Positions 14,723 through 22,604 of a stretch of DNA of 50,347 nt are shown here, in pieces. The stretch covers positions 1-50,347 of the IMG/VR virus record IMGVR_UViG_3300045988_092645. One strand, given 5' to 3'. The number at the start of each line of letters is the position of its first letter. Position 1 is the stretch's first letter. Made by a program: the position numbers and the translations under genes. A model generated the notes under the pieces. That model saw nothing but the letters and a program-made list of their open reading frames with translations, ran no database searches and was not told where the DNA came from. This stretch comes from a virus.

Positions 14723-15831
14723 TGTAAATCATATAATGCTTTATAATATTTGTTTGAACCCATCACTCTAAAACTATTAATGGTATCTTTTGTCATACCC
14801 TTAAATACTGCTATTGCTATAATCTGTTTTAAAGGAATATTTGTTTTTTCAAGTTTTGTTACCATCATAATACAACGGTAAGAAAATGTTGCACGAATAC
14901 CATTGTTATTAGCTTCTGTTCTTAAATCCCTTATAAAGTCCACAAGGTCTTCATTATTGTTTGAAATAGAGAACTCAATGTTTCTGTCATATCCGAATTC
15001 AATGATTGCAAATCTATCTAACGTGGCTTGGTCTAATACCATTCTGCCAGTGTACATTTCATCTGCTCCGCTTCCAACTGTGTTTCCTGCGGCAACTACA
15101 CGAAAGTTTTTATGTGCATGAATCTTACCATTTGGGAACTCAAAATATTTATTTGCTATAGCGGCATTTAATAAAACTAATACTTCTGGAATACTTGCAT
15201 CCATTTCATCAAGGAAAAATATTCCACCGTTCTTAAACGCTTTATAAAATTCTGTTTCATGATATGTTCCACCTGCATCAATGAAACCTGTTAATTTATA
15301 TTCTTGCTGAACACTGTTTGTAAAATAAAACTCTAATCCAAGTTCCCAACTAATCTGTTCCAATGTGAAGTTCTTTCCTGTTCCTGCTTCACCTGCCAGA
15401 TATACAGGAATATCATTTTCAATACAAGCTTTAATTGTATCATACTGATAATGTTTTACTTCTTTTTTGTTCTCTTTTACTTCTTCCTTTTTAGGTTCTT
15501 CTTTTTTATTTTCTTTAATTTCTACTTTTGGAAGTTCAACACTATTGTTATTAACTTTAATACCTTTTCTAAGACTATCTGTTGTTCTTGTTTCACTTCT
15601 AAAATCTTCTGGTTCTTTATACTGTGTTCCAACATTACTATCGTTGAACTTATACCAATATAAAATACCTTGAATCTCAAAACAATAAACATTTTGTTTT
15701 TGTAATTCCCTAATTTCCTTTGTATGTTTTCTAAATGTTCTTTTTAATTTTACTGTACCAAAATCTGTTTTAACTTCTGCTATTGCTTTGTTTCCTTCTT
15801 TTGTTACTGATAAAATATTTCTTGTTTTCAT
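14713..15831 (-). CDS. AAA+ ATPase, AAA_5/MoxR-CbbQ-CobS-like
   Basis: Walker A LAGEAGTGKN, Walker B GGIFFLDEMDAS, sensor region VVAAGNT, LDRFAIIEF. Has a ~130-aa N-terminal extension. Confidence 0.75.
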   Translation of the reverse strand: MKTRNILSVTKEGNKAIAEVKTDFGTVKLKRTFRKHTKEIRELQKQNVYCFEIQGILYWYKFNDSNVGTQYKEPEDFRSETRTTDSLRKGIKVNNNSVELPKVEIKENKKEEPKKEEVKENKKEVKHYQYDTIKACIENDIPVYLAGEAGTGKNFTLEQISWELGLEFYFTNSVQQEYKLTGFIDAGGTYHETEFYKAFKNGGIFFLDEMDASIPEVLVLLNAAIANKYFEFPNGKIHAHKNFRVVAAGNTVGSGADEMYTGRMVLDQATLDRFAIIEFGYDRNIEFSISNNNEDLVDFIRDLRTEANNNGIRATFSYRCIMMVTKLEKTNIPLKQIIAIAVFKGMTKDTINSFRVMGSNKYYKALYDLQVA

Positions 15832-15877
15832 AATCTTATTCTCCTATCATTTTGTTTTATCTCTTTGTTGTATTTAT

Positions 15878-15906
15878 ATAATAACATAAATACTTTTGTT
15901 TGTCAA
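15878..15906 (-). promoter_or_regulatory. sigma-A-type promoter
   Basis: -35 TTGACA (15901..15906), 17-nt spacer, TGtTATTAT (-10 at 15878..15883). Confidence 0.6.
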
Positions 15907-15934
15907 TATGTTTTTAAAACTTTTATTTAATTTG

Positions 15935-16000
15935 TTTTATAAAAGTTAATTATTAAGGTTAATAACCTTAAATCCTAACCCCTATAATCCCCTTCCCTTT
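15935..16000 (-). ncRNA. candidate short G-rich transcript ending in a palindromic hairpin (alternatively an operator)
   Basis: Lies downstream of the 16007..16035 promoter. Sequence GGGAAGGGGAUUAUAGGGGUUAGGAUUUAAGGUUAUUAACCUUAAUAAUUAACUUUUAU. Perfect palindrome TTAAGGTTA-A-TAACCTTAA at 15953..15971. No ORF. Confidence 0.25.
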
Positions 16001-16006
16001 ACGCCT

Positions 16007-16035
16007 ATTATACTTCTTTTGCTTTGGGTTGCCAA
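16007..16035 (-). promoter_or_regulatory. sigma-A-type promoter inside a 260-bp non-coding gap
   Basis: -35 TTGGCA (16030..16035), 17-nt spacer, -10 TATAAT (16007..16012). Confidence 0.5.
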
Positions 16036-16166
16036 GAACTTTTATCAAAAAAATAAATGAGCCTCATATACACGCTCTAAGCCATTTTACTGTCTTACCC
16101 TATAAAGATTACCTTTATTTATATAGAATTGATTTAAAACGTATATATGAAGCTCATATCAATACT

Positions 16167-16970
16167 CTAGCATTTATATTTTTCTATATCTGTGATTTCT
16201 TCCTCTTCTACTATTGCAGGAATAAAATAAGTTTTTTCAAACAATAATTTAGCATCACTATTATTTGCAGGCATTCCATAAAAACTACCAAGATATTCAC
16301 ACTCTGGTAACCGTTCTATCAATCCAAATATAATTCTTCTTAACATAGATGGATGAACCATAGGAAATGCCATTTGTTTTATGTTCATCCTTTGTGAAGC
16401 ATCTTTTACTTTTACAACAAGTGAAACCATTTTGGGATTTTTTACATAACTATTATCTGTTGCAACCAAAGCAATGTTTAAATTAATCCTATATCCTTCT
16501 GATTCTAATTTGTTTACAAGTTTCAAAACTTTCAAAGACTGCTCTTTTATTGTTTCTGTTCTTACACTACAACTATACGATATACTTTTTGTTATGCTTA
16601 TTACTTTGTTTTTTACAGGAACTCTTTTGTTTGAAATCATATTTGTTGGAATACCTTGTAAATATCTAGGTACAGAACACTGATAACCTGCCACTCCATA
16701 ACAATTTCTATTCTTAAATGAAACGCTTGTATTTACCTTTTTAATGCTTTGTGTAAATTCCTTTGAGACTTCATCCCATCCATGTAATAAAAGGTCTTCT
16801 GCGGCATCATAAGACTCTGTACCAGTAAAAGATTCTCTACCACGTTCTGATTTCCTAAGTGTTTTAAATGTATCTGTTAGTTTGTCATCGTTATCACGAA
16901 TGAAACGAGCCACTTCTGTTACACTATTAAAATGAATTATATTATTCTTTCCTACCTTCTGTTTTACCAT
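16167..16970 (-). CDS. hypothetical protein (possible partner of the AAA+ ATPase)
   Basis: Track ORF with an AGGAGG RBS. No motif recognised. Confidence 0.6.
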   Translation of the reverse strand: MVKQKVGKNNIIHFNSVTEVARFIRDNDDKLTDTFKTLRKSERGRESFTGTESYDAAEDLLLHGWDEVSKEFTQSIKKVNTSVSFKNRNCYGVAGYQCSVPRYLQGIPTNMISNKRVPVKNKVISITKSISYSCSVRTETIKEQSLKVLKLVNKLESEGYRINLNIALVATDNSYVKNPKMVSLVVKVKDASQRMNIKQMAFPMVHPSMLRRIIFGLIERLPECEYLGSFYGMPANNSDAKLLFEKTYFIPAIVEEEEITDIEKYKC

Positions 16971-17013
16971 TGTTTTGTTTCCTCCTAAATTTGTTTTCTC
17001 TTAACTTGGTTAT

Positions 17014-17042
17014 ATAATAACATAATTTTGTTTTGTTGTCAA
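17014..17042 (-). promoter_or_regulatory. sigma-A-type promoter
   Basis: -35 TTGACA (17037..17042), 17-nt spacer, TGtTATTAT (-10 at 17014..17019). Confidence 0.6.
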
Positions 17043-17061
17043 CATCTTTGTTTTAATTTTA

Positions 17062-17092
17062 TGCAATAAAATAGGAGCATGATTACTCATGC
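17062..17092 (-). terminator. intrinsic terminator
   Basis: Stem GCAUGA/UCAUGC (4-nt loop), then UCCUAUUUUAUUG. Confidence 0.5.
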
Positions 17093-17123
17093 CCCATAAT
17101 TCTCTACTATATTTATATAATTA

Positions 17124-17342
17124 TTATATTAATCCTTCATCTACACACTCTTGTAATTTCTCACAACCTCTACAACCAATCAGAGGGCATCCTTCACAGG
17201 TTTTTCTTTCAACCCCAAGACAAAGTTCTGTTCCAGAGAATTTGCAAGTTGATTCTAAACCACAACCTTCTTCAATATCTATTGGCTCGGGTTCATCTAA
17301 ATAAAATATTTCTTTTAATTTGTTTTTAATAAAACTAAACAT
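17124..17342 (-). CDS. small Cys-rich protein
   Basis: Track ORF with TAATG coupling to the RuvC-like gene. Nine Cys (CGLESTCKF...CLGVERKTCEGCPLIGCRGCEKLQEC). Confidence 0.5.
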   Translation of the reverse strand: MFSFIKNKLKEIFYLDEPEPIDIEEGCGLESTCKFSGTELCLGVERKTCEGCPLIGCRGCEKLQECVDEGLI

Positions 17343-17953
17343 TAAAATTTCTCCTCCTTAAATTTTTGTTTGCTTTTAGGTAGATAGCCACACATTGCAA
17401 TACAATAACTATCTGCTAAATCATCATTGACTTTACAAGGTACTTTATGACCGTTTATTTTGACCTGTATAACACCTTTAGTACCTTTACCCTTGTATTC
17501 CTCCACTATGTATTTTAAAAGCCCTCTTGACCGCATATAGAGGATTGTACGGTATTTCTTAGGGTCAATACCATATTTGTTTTCTAATGGTTTACTGCTA
17601 CCTACTATTTGACTTTTCCAGAAACGTGTATCTACAGAATATACAGGTATCTCATCACAATAATAAAAGAAATCAATTATAGTTGCTACCAATGCACCTG
17701 TTGATTTAATATAGGCTTCTGAAAGAAATCCTTGTGAACGTAAACGAATTCTCTCTGTCAATACTAATGGATTTTTTATATCATGTTTCGACATAATTCC
17801 TTCAAGAGTATTTGTTAGTGTTACCCTTTTTTCTGAATTGTTATTGCAGGCTTTATAATCAACCGAAATCATGTCAATAATATATTTGTTTTTTAAAATT
17901 GTTATTCCTGTACGTTTATAGCTCTGGTCTATACCTATTACCCATTCTTGCAT
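17342..17953 (-). CDS. RuvC-like Holliday junction resolvase
   Basis: VIGIDQSYKRTGITIL (first catalytic Asp strand) and DDLADSYCIAMCG (C-terminal Asp). The ATG at 17953 follows AGGUGG. Confidence 0.65.
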   Translation of the reverse strand: MQEWVIGIDQSYKRTGITILKNKYIIDMISVDYKACNNNSEKRVTLTNTLEGIMSKHDIKNPLVLTERIRLRSQGFLSEAYIKSTGALVATIIDFFYYCDEIPVYSVDTRFWKSQIVGSSKPLENKYGIDPKKYRTILYMRSRGLLKYIVEEYKGKGTKGVIQVKINGHKVPCKVNDDLADSYCIAMCGYLPKSKQKFKEEKF

Positions 17954-17962
17954 AATTACCAC

Positions 17963-18232
17963 CTACATAAAAGGAATTGTCATATATTCCTCTTTATACT
18001 TCTTCGCAAGCTCTCTATTATTGTGTCCTTTTTCTGAGTGCTCCATATCTTCAATATAATGCATCTGTTTGTCTCTAAACCATTCTTTGTCAACAAGGAT
18101 ATAGTCAATACCATCTAACTGGTATAATAAAAGTTTTTCTCCTACCTTACCACAGAAGATATATCTTTTTTCGTTTTTTCTTCCTTCCTTGTTGATTGAA
18201 AAAATATCTCCAAATTTAATTGTCTTTTTCAT
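17963..18232 (-). CDS. hypothetical protein
   Basis: Track ORF. Confidence 0.5.
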   Translation of the reverse strand: MKKTIKFGDIFSINKEGRKNEKRYIFCGKVGEKLLLYQLDGIDYILVDKEWFRDKQMHYIEDMEHSEKGHNNRELAKKYKEEYMTIPFM

Positions 18233-19043
18233 ATTCTCTTAAAACCTTTCCTTCCTTTCTTATTATACTTCTCCCTAAAATGTCTTGATTATGAAAGAAT
18301 CTGCGATATGTCCATACTTGATTGAACCACATAGGAGTTAACCATATCTTTTCCAAATCATCTGGTAATATAGGTTCTGGTTTAATTAATGAATTATCAT
18401 GTATAACATATCCAGCTAATCCATGTAATGATAACTGAATATAACACATATGAACACAGGTTATGTCAATATCTTGTCCGACAAAATAAACATGATTTTG
18501 ATAATTATATTTATGGAACATTTCCTTGCATTGTTCACTTGCTGATATTAATGTTGCACCAGCACCACAAGCACAATCATACACATTTGCATAACCTTTC
18601 TTATGTACTGTTTTTCCAAGTTCTTTTCTGTCAAATGTGAGATTCGACATTACTTCACACACGCTATATGGTGTAAAGAATTGTCCTGCATTTTTATTAT
18701 GTATTTGCAACATCATATATATTTCACCTAATAAGTCTTGATTTGGTCTTTCTTCTAGTTCTTCTACAATTAATGCAAACATTTGTGGGAAAAGTTTCTG
18801 TTCTTTCTTTGAATAGTTATTAATAATTCTTAGATATTCTTTTTCCCTTTTGTCCCATATTTCTTTAAATTGTTCAAACTCTGTCATTGGTAAAATACTT
18901 TGATTTGCTAATGTAATTGCAAACAATGCCATACAATCTGACCATACTTGATAAGGTGATTTTGAACCACATAGTAATTTAAATCCTTTTTCGAATCTCT
19001 TTTTATAATCCCCACTAATTGTTTTTCTCATGCTTTTAACCAT
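18216..19043 (-). CDS. HsdM/N6-MTase-like SAM-binding protein lacking a canonical (D/N)PP(F/Y/W) motif
   Basis: FFTPYSVCEVM (motif X-like), VYDCACGAGATLISA (motif I), VGQDID, IHDNSL. The motif IV position reads LTPMWF. Confidence 0.55.
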   Translation of the reverse strand: MVKSMRKTISGDYKKRFEKGFKLLCGSKSPYQVWSDCMALFAITLANQSILPMTEFEQFKEIWDKREKEYLRIINNYSKKEQKLFPQMFALIVEELEERPNQDLLGEIYMMLQIHNKNAGQFFTPYSVCEVMSNLTFDRKELGKTVHKKGYANVYDCACGAGATLISASEQCKEMFHKYNYQNHVYFVGQDIDITCVHMCYIQLSLHGLAGYVIHDNSLIKPEPILPDDLEKIWLTPMWFNQVWTYRRFFHNQDILGRSIIRKEGKVLREYEKDN

Positions 19044-19456
19044 TCAATACATTTCTCCTTTGTTGTAAATACTGGATATAAGTCTGTTGTTTTAAATCCA
19101 TTATTTATTGTTTGATTACCAAACCTGTAATGATTTACTACTTGTCCGTTTTGTAGCTTCTCATTCAGTTCCTTATCTGTTGTGCATTTAAGTGCATAAA
19201 AATGATAACGTATTCCTTCTGCTGTAATTGTTACCATTTCAACCCTGCCTTTAAATATAATGTTTTTCTTTCCACCCTGCTTCTTTGCACAGAATACAAG
19301 GTACACAATATCATTTGGCTCACACAACACATTTGCCAAATATGACACTTTGCTTTCCTCCTTTCTATTGTGGGGATTCATACACTCCTTATCTTCACAA
19401 TCCATGCAATCAAGATATGTTACATACAATCCCATTGGTTTACAATATTTACTCAT
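19028..19456 (-). CDS. hypothetical protein
   Basis: Track ORF with an N-terminal Cys cluster (CKPMG...CMDCEDKEC). Confidence 0.5.
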   Translation of the reverse strand: MSKYCKPMGLYVTYLDCMDCEDKECMNPHNRKEESKVSYLANVLCEPNDIVYLVFCAKKQGGKKNIIFKGRVEMVTITAEGIRYHFYALKCTTDKELNEKLQNGQVVNHYRFGNQTINNGFKTTDLYPVFTTKEKCIEWLKA

Positions 19457-19653
19457 TTTTTTCTCATAATACTTAATATACTTTTAATATAATTGATTTC
19501 CTCTTTTGTCAATTCATACTTTACACCATATGCTTTTATGTATGGTGTTCCACGTTTTAATGATTTAATTTCAAATTCTTCTTCGTCTTCTGTTCCTTCC
19601 CACATTACCATTTTTACTTTTCCACTAGGTACACTAATTCTTATAGTTCTCAT
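19453..19653 (-). CDS. hypothetical protein
   Basis: Track ORF with a GGGAGAACAAACA RBS region. Confidence 0.5.
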   Translation of the reverse strand: MRTIRISVPSGKVKMVMWEGTEDEEEFEIKSLKRGTPYIKAYGVKYELTKEEINYIKSILSIMRKK

Positions 19654-19700
19654 TGTTTGTTCTCCCTTCTGTTTTTGTTCTCTCTATTGTTTACACCTAT

Positions 19701-19729
19701 ATAATAACATAGGGGCTGAACAATGTCAA
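19701..19729 (-). promoter_or_regulatory. sigma-A-type promoter with the -35 embedded in a hairpin
   Basis: -35 TTGACA (19724..19729), 17-nt spacer, TGtTATTAT (-10 at 19701..19706). Confidence 0.6.
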
Positions 19730-19733
19730 CCCC
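19712..19733 (-). terminator. GC-clamped hairpin overlapping the promoter -35
   Basis: GGGGUUGA-CAUUGU-UCAGCCCC (8 bp, 1 G.U), followed by UAUGUUAUUAU. Confidence 0.45.
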
Positions 19734-19739
19734 CTTTTA

Positions 19740-20561
19740 TTATATTCTTTTCTTTGATTTCCCATAGCAGACTTCTCTCATGTTACAGGCTTCTGCCATT
19801 TTGCAATTATATCCTGTGCAATCCTTTGACCTCTTAACTAATTTGTTATGTTTCATTAATCTATGTTTTGCTTTCTGTATGTTTTCTAACCGCTTAATAT
19901 ATTTTGCAATTTCCTCATAATTATACTCATAACAAAACACTTTGATTTCTTGTGTGTTTTTGTCCTCACACAAAACAAACCCTTTATGTATTCCTGTTAA
20001 ATGCATATACAGCTGTAATTGTTTTCTACCTGTTTTATGATATGTTCCTTTATCTATCATATTTTTAAATTGATATGTATTTACTGATTTAATCTCTACA
20101 ACGTATCTCTCTCCATCTATACAGCAAATTATGTCGGGAGTATAGGATAAATCGTATTCATCACGAAAACGGCTATAATCGCAATCTAGCGGTTCACACA
20201 AGCCCCCTCTGATAAATAACCTTTGCCATTTCTCGTGTATGGCATCCCCTTCACTAAATATTCTTTTTAATCCTACCTGTACTTGTTCCCCTTGCTTTTG
20301 CTTATAAAATATACTTAATACTTGTTGCCGCAAACAAAACTTTTTATCTGATACAATAATAGCAGATGCATGAAGTCCTTTTCTTTCTGTTGTCTCTGCA
20401 CCCCTTGTCATTACAGACCTCAAGAAGATTAATTCTTGTTCTATGTTTTTATCAAGATAATGCAAACTATTCAGCTTATGTTCTAATTCTGCCTCTTGTG
20501 TAGATTGTATCCGAGTGAATGTTTTCTTTGCTTCTTTTTTGATTTCATCTAAAAGACCCAT
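19740..20561 (-). CDS. Cas4/RecB-family PD-(D/E)XK exonuclease with a Cys cluster
   Basis: DIICCIDGERYVVEIKSV (D...ExK), QLQLYMHL (QxxxY), N-terminal KKFCLRQ and C-terminal CTGYNCKMAEACNMREVC. Confidence 0.65.
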   Translation of the reverse strand: MGLLDEIKKEAKKTFTRIQSTQEAELEHKLNSLHYLDKNIEQELIFLRSVMTRGAETTERKGLHASAIIVSDKKFCLRQQVLSIFYKQKQGEQVQVGLKRIFSEGDAIHEKWQRLFIRGGLCEPLDCDYSRFRDEYDLSYTPDIICCIDGERYVVEIKSVNTYQFKNMIDKGTYHKTGRKQLQLYMHLTGIHKGFVLCEDKNTQEIKVFCYEYNYEEIAKYIKRLENIQKAKHRLMKHNKLVKRSKDCTGYNCKMAEACNMREVCYGKSKKRI

Positions 20562-20736
20562 TGTCCTGCACCTCTATTGATATTATATCTTTTTTTTGAT
20601 ATTTTGTCAAATCAACAAATCTTTCTATCGCACTTTGCTCGTTTGTATCATAACAAAAAAATGTACATATTGTATTATATTCCAAATCACTCCTTTTATA
20701 TCGTAAGCAATAAAAATTTAATCCAGTTTCATTCAT
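20545..20736 (-). CDS. hypothetical protein
   Basis: Track ORF. Confidence 0.45.
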   Translation of the reverse strand: MNETGLNFYCLRYKRSDLEYNTICTFFCYDTNEQSAIERFVDLTKYQKKDIISIEVQDNGSFR

Positions 20737-22604
20737 CCTTTGTATTTTTCCCTCCTTTCTGTCATGATTTCTTTTCTCACATCCTGCAAATCTTCAAATG
20801 GAATGAAACCTCTATCATAAATCAATGGGATTTCACACTCACCTTTTGGATTGCAAACTTTTGATTTTACAACTTTGCACTTCATAATCATGCCGATTGT
20901 TTCCTTGCTTGCTGTATTATATGGGTTATGATTTGGAATATCAATATATCCCTTTCGTGCTACCTGTATTCTCAAAGAACAACTATGTTTTAATTTATGA
21001 CCGCCTGGTGTTTGTATATTGTCTCCAAATGGCAAAGCGTTCATTTTATCTCGAATCTGATTAATAAATATAACAGTTGTTCCTGTTTGCTCTATTACAT
21101 CCTCTAAGGTTGGCAAATATTTATCCATTAACCTAGCAACACCACCAATCCTTGTTTCTTGTTCGCTATCTGTATTTACAGCCTTTCTAATTTTGTCTAT
21201 ATCATCCTTCGGTTGCATTGATGGTACACTATCAATAATAATTAATGGAATACCTTCCTCTGCGAATCTGATTGCTCTATTAAATGCTTTTTCACCATAC
21301 CTTGCTCTGTATACTAACATCTGCTTTGGTTTATTCCCAAACACCTTTGCTCTATTTGAATCAAACGTATTACCTGTTACAATAATACGATTATTTCTAC
21401 GCATAACCCACATTCCAGATGGCATCGTAAAACAATACATTTTCCCATCAACTGGTTTAAATTGTTCTACCGTTGCTTTTCTAAGGCTTACAATATCACT
21501 TCTGATACCCGAACAAACTGTATAACTTACTTTACTATTATCAATCAAACGACCATCAATATAATGGTATTCATCCCACCTATCACGTTCTACAATATAT
21601 GCGGCATATCCGCACGCTGTATAAGCAAACTGAATAAAATCAGCATCTTTTTTATTTATTGTCGTAAAACTCGGCATATGCCCTTTTTCAAATTGGCAAC
21701 CATCCCAATGTTTCATTTCATCCAACACAACCATTAACTGTCTGTTTGACATACCATACCATTCGCTAGGATAATGTTTAAATTTATATGGTGCATAAAA
21801 CTTAAAGAACTTTTTATCTTTCGATAACATATATTCAATTCCACAGTTTGTTAACAGCATTTTCATTCTATCTCGTTTTCTTTTTTTTGTTAATCCAACA
21901 TAACACAGATTTGTTTTATTCTCTTTTTTAAAACTTCCATCTGCCATTACTGCAACCATTAGACGAATAACTTCGTCTGATAAACTAACACCTTCTCCGC
22001 TGAACATAAACGTTTTTGGAATGTTTCCTGCAAACCCTTCTTTGTTTCTCAACATTCTTAAACGAATATCATGGAATGGCTTTATTTTTACTTTATTACT
22101 TCCAACTGGCTTGTACACTACATTATGATGTTCTGATACAACCATGTCTAATCTATTTTTTGTTTTCACATTCCACATAAGACAAGCATCTTTTTTATGA
22201 TACTTTAATGGTTCAACAAGTGTTGCTGTCCCATCTTCATTATATTGTAATACTTTCTCTCCCTTTTTATAATCACTAATTTTCTTCCATCCTTCTCCAT
22301 TAAAAAACTCTGTATCTTTATCTACGCATCCTTCAATCGGAATATCTAAACAAATTTCATGTTGTGAACATAAATGATATGCTAAAGAAGTTTTTCCTGC
22401 GGATTCACCTCCGAAGATTTCTATTGTTCTTCCTTTTGGCATACCTCCACCGATTATGTTATCAAGCTCTGGTAAACCTGTGCCCCATCTAGGAATTTTC
22501 AAAATACCATTTTTGCTTCCTAGACTATATACAGAACCATCACCCTCTTTTTTTGATATTTCCGAACATAACTTCATAATTGCTTCTCTGTTCATTTGTT
22601 TCAT
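20733..22604 (-). CDS. recA: RecA-family recombinase interrupted by an intein (extein 303 aa)
   Basis: IPRWGTGLPELDNIIGGGMPKGRTIEIFGGESAGKTSLAYHL, IIIDSV, GGVARLM, VIFINQIRDK, TPGGHKLKH. Confidence 0.85.
   Translation of the reverse strand: MKQMNREAIMKLCSEISKKEGDGSVYSLGSKNGILKIPRWGTGLPELDNIIGGGMPKGRTIEIFGGESAGKTSLAYHLCSQHEICLDIPIEGCVDKDTEFFNGEGWKKISDYKKGEKVLQYNEDGTATLVEPLKYHKKDACLMWNVKTKNRLDMVVSEHHNVVYKPVGSNKVKIKPFHDIRLRMLRNKEGFAGNIPKTFMFSGEGVSLSDEVIRLMVAVMADGSFKKENKTNLCYVGLTKKRKRDRMKMLLTNCGIEYMLSKDKKFFKFYAPYKFKHYPSEWYGMSNRQLMVVLDEMKHWDGCQFEKGHMPSFTTINKKDADFIQFAYTACGYAAYIVERDRWDEYHYIDGRLIDNSKVSYTVCSGIRSDIVSLRKATVEQFKPVDGKMYCFTMPSGMWVMRRNNRIIVTGNTFDSNRAKVFGNKPKQMLVYRARYGEKAFNRAIRFAEEGIPLIIIDSVPSMQPKDDIDKIRKAVNTDSEQETRIGGVARLMDKYLPTLEDVIEQTGTTVIFINQIRDKMNALPFGDNIQTPGGHKLKHSCSLRIQVARKGYIDIPNHNPYNTASKETIGMIMKCKVVKSKVCNPKGECEIPLIYDRGFIPFEDLQDVRKEIMTERREKYKG
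21369..22328 (-). mobile_element. intein with LAGLIDADG homing endonuclease (residues 93-412 of the ORF)
   Basis: Starts at Cys (PIEG|CVDKDTEF). Block B VSEHH. LAGLIDADG motifs LMVAVMADGSF and VVLDEMKHWDGC. Ends IIVTGN|T. Removing it joins CLDIPIEG-TFDSNRAKVFG, colinear with RecA FIDAEHALDPVYAKKLG. Confidence 0.8.

Noticed and set aside
15975-16000. G-quadruplex in the G-tract segment GGGAAGGGGATTATAGGGGTTAGG.
   Set aside because: The fourth tract has only two G, and one loop is 6 nt. It is not a robust G4 and is simply noted as G-rich within the candidate sRNA.
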